A DNA stretch of 64,000 bases, taken from NCBI RefSeq assembly GCF_009914755.1, contig NC_060933.1; one strand, given 5' to 3'. A program made the position numbers and the translations under genes. The notes below the pieces were generated by a model, which saw only the letters and a program-made list of their open reading frames with translations, ran no database searches and was not told the DNA's origin. Of this stretch, positions 29,701 to 45,600 are shown piece by piece. This DNA is from the human T2T-CHM13v2.0 reference genome, Homo sapiens. The number at the start of each line of letters is the position of its first letter. The first letter of the stretch is position 1.

Positions 29701-31553
29701 ATTCCATTTGTGTTGTTTACGTTCCATTACATTCCCTTCCACTCCATTCCATTGCACTCAGGTTGATTCCATTCCATTCCATTCCATTCCATTCCATTCC
29801 ATTTCGTTCCATTCCATTCTATTCCGTACCATTCCATTCTATTCCATTCCATTCCATGCCATCCCTCTCGGGTTGATTCCATTCCTTTCCATTCCATTCA
29901 GGTTGAATCCATTCCATTCCATTCCATTGCATTCCATTCCATTCCATTCCCTTGCAATCGGGTGGAATCCTTTCTATTCCATTCCATTCCATTCCATTCC
30001 ATTCCATTCCATGCCATGCCATTCCACTCGGGTTGATTCCATTCCTTTCCATTCCATTCTAGTTGAATCCATTCCATTGCATTCCATTCCATTCGATTCA
30101 ATTCAATTGCACACGGGTTCATTCCATTCCATTCCATTCCATTCCATTCCATTCCATTCCATTCCATTTCGTTCCATTCCATTCTATTCCGTACCATTCC
30201 CTTCCATTCAATTCCATTCCACTCCATTCCATGCCATTCCACTCGGGTTTATTCCATTCCTTTCCATTCCATTCGGGTTGAATCCATTCCATTCCATTCC
30301 ATTCCATTCCATTCCATTCCATTCCTTGCCATTCCACTCGGGTTGATTCCATTCCTTTCCATTCCATTCGAGTAGAACCCATTCCATTCCATTCCATTCC
30401 ATTCCATTCCACTCGGGTTGATTCCATTCCTTTCCATTCCATTCGGGTTGAAACCATTCCATTCCATTCCATTCCTTTCGATTCCATTCCATTTCACTCG
30501 GGTTGATCCCATTCCATTGCATTCCATTCTATTCCATTGCATTCCATTCCATTCCATTCCATTCGTATTGATTCTATTCAATTCCCTTACTCTCCATTAC
30601 ATTCCATTCCATTCGGGTTGTTTCCATTCCATTCCATTCCATTCCACTCCATTAGATTGCAATCGGGTTGATTCCATTCCATTCCATTGCATTCCATTCC
30701 ATTCCATTCCATTCCGTATGATTCCATTCCATTGCATTCCATTCCATTCCATTCCCCTGCACTCGGTTGGATTCCATTCTATTCCATTCCATTCCATTCC
30801 ATTCCATTCCATTCCATTCTATTCGGGTTAATTTCATTCCATTCCATTCCATTCCCTTCCATTCCATTCCATTCCATTCCATTCCATTCCATTCCATTGA
30901 AATCGAGTTGATTCCATTCCATACCATTCCATTCCATTCCATTCCATTCCATTCCACTCCATTCCATGCCATTCCACTCGGGTTTATTCCATTCTTTTCC
31001 ATTCCATTCGGGTTGAATCCATTCCATTCCATTCCATTCCATTCCATTCCATGCCATTGCACTCGGGTTGATTCCATTCCTTTCCATTCCATTCGAATTG
31101 AACCCATTCCATTCCATTCCATTCCATTCCATTCCATTGCTCACGGGTTCATTCCATTCCATTCCATTCCATTCCATTCCATTCCATTCCATTTCGTTCC
31201 ATTCCATTCTACTCCGTACCATTCCATTCCATTCCATTCCCTTCCATGCCATTTCACTCGGGTTTATTCCATTCCTTTCCATTCCATTCGGGTTGAATCC
31301 ATTCCATTCCATTCCATTCCATTCCATTCCATTCCATTCCATTCCATTCCATTGCGCTCGGGTTGATTCCATTCCATTCTATGCCATTCCATTTCATTCC
31401 ATTCCATTCCATTCCATTCCATTCCATTCCATTCCATTCCATTCCTTTCCTTTCAATTCCATTCCATTACATTCGGATTTATTCTTTTTAATTCCCTTAC
31501 ACTCCATTACATTCCATTCCATTCGGGTACTTTCCATTCCATTCCATTCCATT

Positions 31554-34500
31554 CCACTGCATTCTATTGCACTCGGGTTGATTGATTCCATTCCATTGCA
31601 TTCCATTCCATTCCATTCCATTCCATTCCATTCCATTCCATTCTGTTCAGGTTAATTCCATTCCATTCCATTCCCTTCCATTCCTTTCCATTCCATTCCA
31701 TCCCATTGCAATCGAGGTGCTTCCATTGCATTCCATTCCATTCCATTCCATTGCATTCCATTCCATTCCATTCCCCTGCACTCAGATTGATTCCATTCCA
31801 TTCCTTTCCATTCCATTCCGTTCCATTCCTTTCCATTCCATTCTATTTGCGTTAATTCCGTTCCATTCCATTCCATTACATTCCTTTGCAATCGAGTTGA
31901 TTCCATTCCATTCCGTTCCATTCCATTCCATTCCATTCCATTCCATTCCACTCGGGTTGATTCCATTCCTTTCCATTCCATTCGAGTTGAATCCATTCCA
32001 TTCCATTCCATTCCATTCGATTCCATTCCATTGCTCACGTGTTCATTCCATTCCATTCCATTCCATTCCATTCCATTGCATTCCATTTCGTTCCATTCCA
32101 TTCTCTTCCATAGTATTCTATTCCATTCCATTCCACTCCATTCCATGCCATTCCACTCAGGTTTATTCCATTCCTTTCCATTCCATTCGGGTTGAATTCA
32201 TTCCATTACATTCCATTCCATTCCATTCAATTCCATTACATTGCACTCGGGTTGATTCCATTCCATTCCATTCCATTTCAATCCATTCCCTTCCATTCCA
32301 TTTCATTCCATTCCATTCCATTCCATTCCATTCCATTCCATTCCATTCCATTCCATGCCATTTCACTCGGGTTGATTCCATTCCTTTCCATTCCATTCTA
32401 GTTGAACCCATTCCATTCCATTCCATTCCATTCCATTCCATTGCACACAGGTTCATTCCATTCCATTCCATTCCGTTCCATTCCATTCCATTCCATTCCA
32501 TTTCGTTCCATTCCATTCTATTCCTTACCATTCCACTCCATTCCATTCCCTTCCATGCCATTTCACTCGGGTTTATTCCATTCCTTTCCATTCCATTCGG
32601 GTTGAATCCATTCCATTCCATTCCATTCCATTCCATTCCATTCCATTGAACTCGGGTTAATTCCATTCCATTCCATGCCATTCCATTTCATTCCATTCCA
32701 TTCCATTCCATTCCATTCCATTCCATTCCATTACATTCGCATTGATTCTTTTTAATTCCCTTACACTCCATTACATTCCATTCCATTCGGGTACTTTCCA
32801 TTCCATTCCATTTCATTCCACTGCATTCTATTGCACTCGGGTTGATTGATTCCATTCCATTGCATTCCATTCCATTCCATTCTCCTGCACTCGGGTTGAT
32901 CCGATTCCACTGCATTTCATTCCATTCCATTCCATTCCATTCCGTTCCATTCCATTCCATTCTATTCTGTTCAGGTTAATTCCATTGCATTCCATTCCCT
33001 TCCATTCCGTTCCATTCCATTCCATTCCATTCTATTCAGGTTAATTCCATTCCCTTCCATTCCATTCCATTCCATTCCATCCCATTGCAATCTAGTTGAT
33101 TCCATTGCATTCCATTCCATTCCATTCCATTGCATTCCATTCCATTCCATTCCCCTGCACTCAGATTGATTCCATTCCATCCCATTCCATTGCATTCCGT
33201 TCCATTCCATTCCATTCCCTTCCATTCCGTTCCATTCCATTCCATTCCATTCTATTCAGGTTAATTCCATTCCATTCCATTCCCTTCCATTCCGTTCCAT
33301 TCCATTCCATTCCATTCTATTCAGGTTAATTCCATTCCATTCCGTTCCATTCCATTCCATTCCATTCCATTTCGTTCCATTCCATTCTATTCTGTACCAT
33401 TCCATTCCATTACTTTCCATTCCATTCCATTCCATACCATGCCATTCCACTCGGGTTGATTCCATTGCTTTCCATTCCATTTGGGTTGAATCCAATCCAT
33501 TCCATTCCATTCTATTCCATTCCATTCCATTCCATTCCATTGCACTAGGTTTGATTCCATTCCACTGCATTCCATTCCATTCCATTCCGTTCCATTGCAT
33601 TCCATTACACTTGGATTGATTGTATTCAATTCCCTTACACTCCATTACATTCCATTCCATTCGGGTTGTTTCCATTCCATTACATTCCATTCCACTCCAT
33701 TCCATTGCACTCAGGTTGATTCCATTCCATTCCATTCCATTCCATTCCATTTCGTTCCATTCCATTCTATTCCGTACCATTCCATTCCATTCCATTCCAT
33801 TCCATTCCATTCCATGCCATTCCACTCAGGTTTATTCCATTCCTTTCCATTCCATTCGGGTTGAATCCATTCCATTCCATTCCATTCCATTCCATTCCAT
33901 TCCTTTGCACTCCGGTTGATTCCATTCCATTCCCTGCCATTCCATTTCATTCCATTCCATTCCATTCCATTCCATTCCATTCCATTCCATTCCACTGCAT
34001 TCTATTGCACTCGGGTTGATTGATTCCATTCCATTGCATTCCATTCCATTCCATTCCATTCCATTCCATTCCATTCTGTTCAGGTTAATTCCATTCCATT
34101 CCATTCCCTTCCATTCCATTCCATTCCATTCCATCCCATTGCAATCGAGGTGATTCCATTGCATTCCATTCCATTGCATTCCATTCCATTCCATTCCATT
34201 CCATTCCCCTGCACTCAGATTGATTCCATTCCATTCCTTTCCATTCCATTCCGTTCCATTCCTTTCCATTCCATTCTATTTGCGTTAATTCCGTTCCATT
34301 CCATTCCATTACATTCCTTTGCATTCGAGTTGATTCCATTCCATTCCGTTCCATTCCTTTCCATTCCATTCCATTCCATGCCATTCCACTCGGGTTGATT
34401 CCATTCCTTTCCATTCCATTCGAGTTGAATCCATTCCATTCCATTAAATTCCATTCGATTCCATTCCATTGCTCACGTGTTCATTCCATTCTATTCCATT

Positions 34501-37500
34501 CCATTCCATTCCATTCCATTTCGTTCCATTCCATTCTCTTCCGTAGTATTCCATTCCATTCCATTCCACTCCATTCCATGCCATTCCTCTCGGGTTTATT
34601 CCATTCCTTTCCATTCCATTCGGGTTGAATTCATTCCATTCCATTCCATTCCATTCAATTCCATTACATTGCACTCGGGTTGATTCCATTCCATTCCATT
34701 CCATTTCAATCCATTCCCTTCCATTCCATTTCATTCCATTCCATTCCATTCCATTCCATTCCATTCCATGCCATTCCACTCGGGTTGATTCCATTCCTTT
34801 CCATTCCATTCTACTTGAACCCTTTCCATTCCATTCCATTCCATTCCATTCCATTCCATTGCACACGGGTTCATTCCATTCCATTCCATTCCATTCCATT
34901 CCATTCCATTCCATTTCGTTCCATTCCATTCTATTCCTTACGATTCCATTCCATTCCATTCCCTTCCATGCCATTTCACTCGGGTTTATTCCATTCCTTT
35001 CCATTCCATTCGGGTTGAATCCATTCCATTCCATTCCATTCCATTCGATTCCATTCCATTGAACTCGGGTTGATTCCATTCCATTCCATGCCATTCCATT
35101 TCATTCCATTCCATTCCATTCCATTCCATTCCATTCCATTCCGTTCCATTCCATTCCATTACATTCGGATTGATTCTTTTTAATTCCCTTACACTCCACT
35201 ACATTCCATTCCATTCGGGTACTTTCCATTCCATTCCATTCCATTCCACTGCATTTTATTGCACTCGGGTTGATTGATTCCATTCCATTGCATTCCATTC
35301 CATTCCATTCCCCTGCACTCGGGTTGATCCCATTCCATTGCATTCCATTCCATTCCATTCCATTCCATTCCGTTCCATTCCATTCCATTCCATTCTGTTC
35401 AGGTTAATTCCATTCCATTCCATTCCCTTCCATTCCGTTCCATTCCATTCCATTCCATTCTGTTCAGGTTAATTCCATTCCATTCCATTCCCTTCCATTC
35501 CATTCCATTCCATTCCATCCCATTGCAATCTAGTTGATTCCATTGCATTCCATTCCATTCCATTCCATTCCATTGCATTCCATTCCATTCCATTCCCCTG
35601 CACTCAGATTGATTCCATTCCATCCCATTCCATTCCATTCCGTTCCATTACATTCCATTCCATTGTATTCGCGTTAATTCCATTCCATTCCATTCCATTA
35701 CATTACATTGTAATCGAGTTGATTCCATTCCATTCCGTTCCATTCCATTCCATTCCATTCCATTTATTTCCATTCCATTCTATTCTGTACCATTCCATTC
35801 CATTCCATTCCATTCCATTCCATTCCATTCCATTCCATTCCATGCCATTCTACTCGGGTTGATTCCATTGCTTTCCATTCCATTTGGGTTGAATCCAATC
35901 CATTCCATTCCATTCCATTCCATTCCATTCCATTCCATTGCACTAGGTTTGATTCCATTCCACTGCATTCCATTCCATTCCATTCCGTTCCATTCCATTC
36001 CATTACATTCGGATTGATTGTATTCAATTCCCTTACTCTCCATTACATTCCATTCCATTCGGGTTGTTTCCATTCCATTACATTCCATTCCACTCCATTC
36101 CATTGCACTCAGGTTGATTCCATTCCATTCCATTCCATTCCATTCCATTCCATTTCGTTCCATTCCATTCTATTCCGTACGATTCCATTCCATTCCATTC
36201 CATTCCATGCCATTCCACTCAGGTTTATTCCATTCCATTCGGGTTGAATCCATTCCATTCCATTCCATTCCATTCCATTCCATTCCATTCCTTTGCACTC
36301 GGGTTGATTCTATTCCATTCCCTGCCATTCCATTTCATTCGATTCCATTCCATTCCATTCCATTCCATTCCATTCCATTCCACTGCATTCTATTGCACTC
36401 GGGTTGATTGATTCCATTCCATTGCATTCCATTCCATTCCATTCCATTCCATTCCATTCCATTCCATTCCATTCCATTCCATTCTGTTCAGGTTAATTCC
36501 ATTCCATTCCATTCCCTTCCATTCCATTCCATTCCATTCCATCCCATTGCAATCGAGGTGATTCCATTGCATTCCATTCCATTCCATTCCATTGCATTCC
36601 ATTCCATTCCATTCCCCTGCACTCAGATTGATTCCATTCCATTCCTTTCCATTCCATTCCGTTCCATTCCTTTCCATTCCATTCTATTTGCGTTAATTCC
36701 GTTCCATTCCATTCCATTACACTCCTTTGCATTCGAGTTGATTCCATTCCATTCCGTTCCATTCCTTTCCATTCCATTCCATTCCATGCCATTCCACTCG
36801 GGTTGATTCCATTCCTTTCCATTCCATTCGAGTTGAATCCATTCCATTCCATTCCATTCCATACGATTCCATTCCATTGCTCACGTGTTCATTCCATTCC
36901 ATTCCATTCCATTCCATTCCATTCCATTCCATTTCGTTCCATTCCATTCTCTTCCGTAGTATTCCATTCCATTCCATTCCATTCCACTCCATTCCATGCC
37001 ATTCCTCTCGGGTTTATTCCATTCCTTTCCATTCCATTCGGGTTGAATTCATTCCATTCCATTCCATTCCATTCAATTCCAATACATTGCACTCGGGTTG
37101 ATTCCATTCCATTCCATTCCATTTCAATCCATTCCCTTCCATTCCATTTCATTCCATTCCATTCCATTCCATTCCATTCCATTCCATTCCATGCCATTCC
37201 ACTCGGGTTGATTCCATTCCTTTCCATTCCATTCTACTTGAACCCATTCCATTCCATTCCATTCCATTCCATTCCATTCCATTGCACACGGGTTCATTCC
37301 ATTCCATTCCATTCCATTCCATTCCATTCCATTCCATTTCGTTCCATTCCATTCTATTCCTTACGATTCCATTCCATTCCATTCCCTTCCATGCCATTTC
37401 ACTCGGGTTTATTCCATTCCTTTCCATTCCATTCGGGTTGAATCCATTCCATTCCATTCCATTCCATTCGATTCCATTCCATTGAACTCGGGTTGATTCC

Positions 37501-39680
37501 ATTCCATTCCATGCCATTCCATTTCATTCCATTCCATTCCATTCCATTCCATTCCATTCCATTCCGTTCCATTCCATTCCATTACATTCGGATTGATTCT
37601 TTTTAATTCCCTTACACTCCACTACATTCCATTCCATTCGGGTACTTTCCATTCCATTCCATTCCATTCCACTGCATTTTATTGCACTCGGGTTGATTGA
37701 TTCCATTCCATTGCATTCCATTCCATTCCATTCCCCTGCACTCGGGTTGATCCCATTCCATTGCATTCCATTCCATTCCATTCCATTCCATTCCGTTCCA
37801 TTCCATTCCATTCCATTCTGTTCAGGTTAATTCCATTCCATTCCATTCCCTTCCATTCCGTTCCATTCCATTCCATTCCATTCTGTTCAGGTTAATTCCA
37901 TTCCATTCCATTCCCTTCCATTCCATTCCATTCCATTCCATCCCATTGCAATCTAGTTGATTCCATTGCATTCCATTCCATTCCATTCCATTCCATTGCA
38001 TTCCATTCCATTCCATTCCCCTGCACTCAGATTGATTCCATTCCATCCCATTCCATTCCATTCCGTTCCATTACATTCCATTCCATTGTATTCGCGTTAA
38101 TTCCATTCCATTCCATTCCATTACATTACATTGTAATCGAGTTGATTCCATTCCATTCCGTTCCATTCCATTCCATTCCATTCCATTTATTTCCATTCCA
38201 TTCTATTCTGTACCATTCCATTCCATTCCATTCCATTCCATTCCATTCCATTCCATTCCATGCCATTCTACTCGGGTTGATTCCATTGCTTTCCATTCCA
38301 TTTGGGTTGAATCCAATCCATTCCATTCCATTCCATTCCATTCCATTCCATTCCATTGCACTAGGTTTGATTCCATTCCACTGCATTCCATTCCATTCCA
38401 TTCCGTTCCATTCCATTCCATTACATTCGGATTGATTGTATTCAATTCCCTTACTCTCCATTACATTCCATTCCATTCGGGTTGTTTCCATTCCATTACA
38501 TTCCATTCCACTCCATTCCATTGCACTCAGGTTGATTCCATTCCATTCCATTCCATTCCATTCCATTCCATTTCGTTCCATTCCATTCTATTCCGTACGA
38601 TTCCATTCCATTCCATTCCATTCCATGCCATTCCACTCAGGTTTATTCCATTCCATTCGGGTTGAATCCATTCCATTCCATTCCATTCCATTCCATTCCA
38701 TTCCATTCCTTTGCACTCGGGTTGATTCTATTCCATTCCCTGCCATTCCATTTCATTCGATTCCATTCCATTCCATTCCATTCCATTCCATTCCATTCCA
38801 CTGCATTCTATTGCACTCGGGTTGATTGATTCCATTCCATTGCATTCCATTCCATTCCATTCCATTCCATTCCATTCCATTCCATTCCATTCCATTCCAT
38901 TCTGTTCAGGTTAATTCCATTCCATTCCATTCCCTTCCATTCCATTCCATTCCATTCCATCCCATTGCAATCGAGGTGATTCCATTGCATTCCATTCCAT
39001 TCCATTCCATTGCATTCCATTCCATTCCATTCCCCTGCACTCAGATTGATTCCATTCCATTCCTTTCCATTCCATTCCGTTCCATTCCTTTCCATTCCAT
39101 TCTATTTGCGTTAATTCCGTTCCATTCCATTCCATTACACTCCTTTGCATTCGAGTTGATTCCATTCCATTCCGTTCCATTCCTTTCCATTCCATTCCAT
39201 TCCATGCCATTCCACTCGGGTTGATTCCATTCCTTTCCATTCCATTCGAGTTGAATCCATTCCATTCCATTCCATTCCATACGATTCCATTCCATTGCTC
39301 ACGTGTTCATTCCATTCCATTCCATTCCATTCCATTCCATTCCATTCCATTTCGTTCCATTCCATTCTCTTCCGTAGTATTCCATTCCATTCCATTCCAT
39401 TCCACTCCATTCCATGCCATTCCTCTCGGGTTTATTCCATTCCTTTCCATTCCATTCGGGTTGAATTCATTCCATTCCATTCCATTCCATTCAATTCCAT
39501 TACATTGCACTCGGGTTGATTCCAATCCATTCCATTCCATTTCAATCCATTCCCTTCCATTCCATTTCATTCCATTCCATTCCATTCCATTCCATTCCAT
39601 TCCATTCCATGCCATTCCACTCGGGTTGATTCCATTCCTTTCCATTCCATTCTACTTGAACCCATTCCATTCCATTCCAT
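31554..39680 (-). repeat. ~2.4 kb higher-order repeat, about 3.4 units
   Basis: Unit marker ccactgcattctattgcac...gcaatcgaggtg at 31554, 33992, 36380 and 38798. CACGTG at 32036, 34474, 36882 and 39300. Identical ORFs at offsets 2418-2423 (e.g. 36014/38432, 35101/37524). Confidence 0.9.
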
Positions 39681-42600
39681 TCCATTCCTTTCCATTCCAT
39701 TCCATTACAATTCTTTCCATTCCATTCTATTCCGTACCATGCCATTCCATTCCATACACTTCCATTCCATTCCATTCCACTCCGTTCCGTTCCGTTCCGT
39801 TCCGTTCCATTCCATTGATTACATTCGGATTGATTGTATTCAATTCCCTTACACTCCATTACATTCCATTCCATTCGTGTTGTTTCCGTTCCATTACATT
39901 CCCTTCCACTCCATTCCATTGCACTCAGGTTGATTCCATTCCATTCCTTTCCATTCCATTCCATTCCATTCCATTCCATTTCGTTCCATTCCATTCTATT
40001 CTTTACCATTCCATTCCATTCCATTCCATTCCATGCCATTCCACTCGGGTTGATTCCATTCCTTTCCATTCCATTCGGTTTGAATCCATTCCATTCCATT
40101 CCATTTCATTCCATTCCATTCCATTACCCTGCAATCGGGTGGATTCCATTCTATTCCATTCCATTCCATTCCATTCCATTCCATTCCATTCCATTTCGTT
40201 CCATTCCATTCTATTCCGTACCATTCCTTTCCATTCCATTCCATTCTATTCCATGCCATGCCATTCCACTCGGGTTGATTCCATTCCTTTCCATTCCATT
40301 CTAGTTGAATCCAATCCATTGCATTCCATTCCATTCGATTCCATTCAGTTGCACACGGGTTCATTCCATTCCATTCCATTCCATTCCATTCCATTCCATT
40401 CCATTCCATTTCGTTCCATTCCATTCTATTCCGTACCTTTCCCTTCCATTCAATTCCATTCCACTCCATTTCATGCCATTCCACTCGGGTTTAATCAACT
40501 CCTTTCCATTCCATTCGGGTTGAATCCATTCCATTCCATTCCATTCCATTCCATTCCATTCCATTCCATTCCATTCCATGCCATTCCACTCGGGTTGATT
40601 CCATTCCTTTCCATTCCATTCGATTTGAACCCATTCCATTCCATTCCATTCCATTCCATTCCATTCCACTCGGGTTGATTCCATTCCTTTCCATTCCATT
40701 CGGGTTGAAACCATTCCATTCCATTCCATTCCTTTCGATTCTATTCCATTTCACTCGGGTTGATCCCATTCCATTGCATTCCATTCCATTCCATTGCATT
40801 CCATTCCGTTCCATTCCATTCCATTACATTCGTGTTGATTCTATTCAATTCCCTTACTCTCCATTACATTCCATTCCATTCGGGTTGTTTCCATTCCATT
40901 CCATTCCATTCCACTGCATTCCATTGCAATCGGGTTGATTCCATTCCATTCCATTGCATTCCATTCCATTCCATTAAATTCCGTATGATTCCATTCCATT
41001 GCATTCCATTCCATTCCATTCCCCTGCACTCGGTTGGATTCCATTCTCTTCCATTCCATTCCATTCCATTCCATTCCATTCCATTCCATTCCATTCTATT
41101 CGGGTTAATTTCATTCCATTCCATTCCATTCCCTTCCATTCCATTCCATTCCATTCCATTCCATTGAAATCGAGTTGATTCCATTCCATTCCATTCCATT
41201 CCATTCTATTCGGGTTAATTCCATTCCATTCCATTCCATTCCCTTCCATTCAATTCCATTCCATTCCATTCCATTCCATTCCATTCCTTTCTATTAGGGT
41301 TAATTCCATTCCATTCCATTCCATTCCATTCCATTCCATTCCACTCCAATCCATGCCATTCCACTCGGGTTTATTCCATTCCTTTCCATTCCATTCGGGT
41401 TGAATCCATTCCATTCCATTCCATTCCATTCCATTCCATTCCATTCCATGCCATTGCACTCGGGTTGATTCCATTCCTTTCCATTCCATTCGAATTGAAC
41501 CCATTCCATTCCATTCCATTCCATTCCATTCCATTGCTCACGGGTTCATTCCATTCCATTCCATTCCATTCCATTTCGTTCCATTCCATTGTACTCCGTA
41601 ACATTCCATTCCATTCCATTCCCTTCCATGCCATTTCACTCAGGTTTATTCCATTCCTTTCCATTCCATTCGGGGTGAATCCATTCCATTCCATTCCATT
41701 CCATTCCATTCCATTCCATTCCATTGCACTCGGGTTGATTCCATTCCGTTCTATGCCATTCCATTTCATTCCATTCCATTCCATTCCATTCCATTCCATT
41801 CCATTCCATTCCTTTCCTTTCAATTCCATTCCATTACATTCGGATTGATTCTTTTTAATTCCCTTACACTCCATTATATTCCATTCCATTCGGATAATTT
41901 CCATTCCATTCCATTCCATTCCACTGCATTCTATTGCACTCGGGTTGATTGATTCCATTCCATTGCATTCCATTCCATTCCATTCCATTCCATTCCATTC
42001 CATTCCATTCTGTTCAGGTTAGTTCCATTCCATTCCATTCCCTTCCATTCCATTCCATTCCATTCCATCCCATTGCAATCGAGGTGACTCCATTGCATTC
42101 CATTCCATTCCATTCCATTGCATTCCTTTCCATTCCATTCCCCTGCACTCAGATTGATTCCATTCCATTCCTTTCCATTCCATTCCGTTCCATTCCTTTC
42201 CATTCCATTCTATTTGCGTTAATTCCGTTCCATTCCATTCCATTACATTCCTTTGCAATCGAGTTGATTCCATTCCATTCCGTTCCATTCCATTCCATTC
42301 CATTCCATTCCATGCCATTCCACTCGTGTTGATTCCATTCCTTTCCATTCCATTCGAGTTGAATCCATTCCATTCCATTCCATTCCATTCCATTCGATTC
42401 CATTCCATTGCTCACGTGTTCATTCCATTCCATTCCATTCCATTCCATTCCATTCCATTCCATTCCATTTCGTTCCATTCCATTCTCTTCCGTAGTATTC
42501 CAATCAATTCCATTCTACTCCATTCCATGCCATTCCACTCGGGTTTATTCCATTCCTTTCCATTCCATTCGGGTTGAATCCATTCCATTCCATTCCATTC

Positions 42601-45600
42601 CATTACATTACATTACATTGCACTCGCGTTGATTAAATTCCATTCCATTCCATTCCATTTCATTCCATTCCATTCCATTCCATTTCATTCCATTCCATTC
42701 AATTCCATTCCATTCCATTTCATTCCATTCCATTCCATTCCATTCCATTTCATTCCCTTCCATGCCTTTCCACTCCGGTTGATTCCATTCCTTTCCATTC
42801 TATTCGAGTTGAACCCATTCCATTCCATTCCATTCCATTCCATTCCATTCCATTCAATTTCGTTCCATTCCATTCTATTGCGTACCATTCCATTCCATTC
42901 CATTCCGTTCCTTTCCATTCCATTCCATTCCATTCTGTTCAGGTTAATTCCATGCCATTCCATTCCATTCCATCCCATTGCAATCGAGTTGATTCCATTG
43001 CATTCCATTCCATTCCATTGCATTCCATTCCATTCCATTGCATTCCATTCCATTCCATTCCATTACATTGCATTCCATTCCATTCCATTCCCCTGCACTC
43101 AGATTGATTCCATTCCATTCCATACCATTCCATTCCGTTCCATTCCATTCCATTCCATTCCATTCTATTCGCGTTAATTCCATTCCATTCCAGTACATTA
43201 CATTACATTGCAATCGAGATGATTCCATTCCATTCCGTTCCATTCCGTTCCATTCCATTCCATTCCATTCCATTTCGTTCCATTCCATTCTATTCCGTAC
43301 CATTCCATTCCATTCCATTTCATTCCATTCCATTCCATGCCATTCCACTCGGGTTGATTCCATTGCTTTCCATTCCATTTGGGTTGAATCCAATCCATTC
43401 CATTCCATTCCATTCCATTCCATTCCATTGCACTAGGTTTGATTCCATTCCACTGCATTCCATTCCATTCCATTCCATTCCATTCCATTCCATTCCATTC
43501 CATTGCAATCGGGTTGATTCCATTCCATTCCATTCCATTCCATTCCATTCCATTCCATTCCATTCCATTCCATTCCATTTCGTTCCATTCCATTCTATTC
43601 CGTACGATTCCATTCCATTCCATTCCATTCCATGCCATTCCACTCAGGTTTATTCCATTCCATTCGGGTTGAATCCATTCCATTCCATTCCATTCCATTC
43701 CATTCCATTCCATTCCTTTGCACTCGGGTTGATTCTATTCCATTCCCTGCCATTCCATTTCATTCGATTCCATTCCATTCCATTCCATTCCATTCCATTC
43801 CATTCCACTGCATTCTATTGCACTCGGGTTGATTGATTCCATTCCATTGCATTCCATTCCATTCCATTCCATTCCATTCCATTCCATTCCATTCCATTCC
43901 ATTCCATTCCATTCTGTTCAGGTTAATTCCATTCCATTCCATTCCCTTCCATTCCATTCCATTCCATTCCATCCCATTGCAATCGAGGTGATTCCATTGC
44001 ATTCCATTCCATTCCATTCCATTGCATTCCATTCCATTCCATTCCCCTGCACTCAGATTGATTCCATTCCATTCCTTTCCATTCCATTCCGTTCCATTCC
44101 TTTCCATTCCATTCTATTTGCGTTAATTCCGTTCCATTCCATTCCATTACACTCCTTTGCATTCGAGTTGATTCCATTCCATTCCGTTCCATTCCTTTCC
44201 ATTCCATTCCATTCCATGCCATTCCACTCGGGTTGATTCCATTCCTTTCCATTCCATTCGAGTTGAATCCATTCCATTCCATTCCATTCCATACGATTCC
44301 ATTCCATTGCTCACGTGTTCATTCCATTCCATTCCATTCCATTCCATTCCATTCCATTCCATTTCGTTCCATTCCATTCTCTTCCGTAGTATTCCATTCC
44401 ATTCCATTCCATTCCACTCCATTCCATGCCATTCCTCTCGGGTTTATTCCATTCCTTTCCATTCCATTCGGGTTGAATTGATTCCATTCCATTCCATTCC
44501 ATTCAATTCCATTACATTGCACTCGGGTTGATTCCAATCCATTCCATTCCATTTCAATCCATTCCCTTCCATTCCATTTCATTCCATTCCATTCCATTCC
44601 ATTCCATTCCATTCCATTCCATGCCATTCCACTCGGGTTGATTCCATTCCTTTCCATTCCATTCTACTTGAACCCATTCCATTCCATTCCATTCCATTCC
44701 TTTCCATTCCATTCCATTACAATTCTTTCCATTCCATTCTATTCCGTACCATGCCATTCCATTCCATACACTTCCATTCCATTCCATTCCACTCCGTTCC
44801 GTTCCGTTCCGTTCCGTTCCATTCCATTCCATTACATTCGGATTGATTGTATTCAATTCCCTTACACTCCATTACATTCCATTCCATTCGTGTTGTTTCC
44901 GTTCCATTACATTCCCTTCCACTCCATTCCATTGCACTCAGGTTGATTCCATTCCATTCCTTTCCATTCCATTCCATTCCATTCCATTCCATTTCGTTCC
45001 ATTCCATTCTATTCTTTACCATTCCATTCCATTCCATTCCATTCCATGCCATTCCACTCGGGTTGATTCCATTCCTTTCCATTCCATTCGGTTTGAATCC
45101 ATTCCATTCCATTCCATTTCATTCCATTCCATTCCATTACCCTGCAATCGGGTGGATTCCATTCTATTCCATTCCATTCCATTCCATTCCATTCCATTCC
45201 ATTCCATTTCGTTCCATTCCATTCTATTCCGTACCATTCCTTTCCATTCCATTCCATTCTATTCCATGCCATGCCATTCCACTCGGGTTGATTCCATTCC
45301 TTTCCATTCCATTCTAGTTGAATCCAATCCATTGCATTCCATTCCATTCGATTCCATTCAGTTGCACACGGGTTCATTCCATTCCATTCCATTCCATTCC
45401 ATTCCATTCCATTCCATTCCATTTCGTTCCATTCCATTCTATTCCGTACCTTTCCCTTCCATTCAATTCCATTCCACTCCATTTCATGCCATTCCACTCG
45501 GGTTTAATCAACTCCTTTCCATTCCATTCGGGTTGAATCCATTCCATTCCATTCCATTCCATTCCATTCCATTCCATTCCATTCCATTCCATGCCATTCC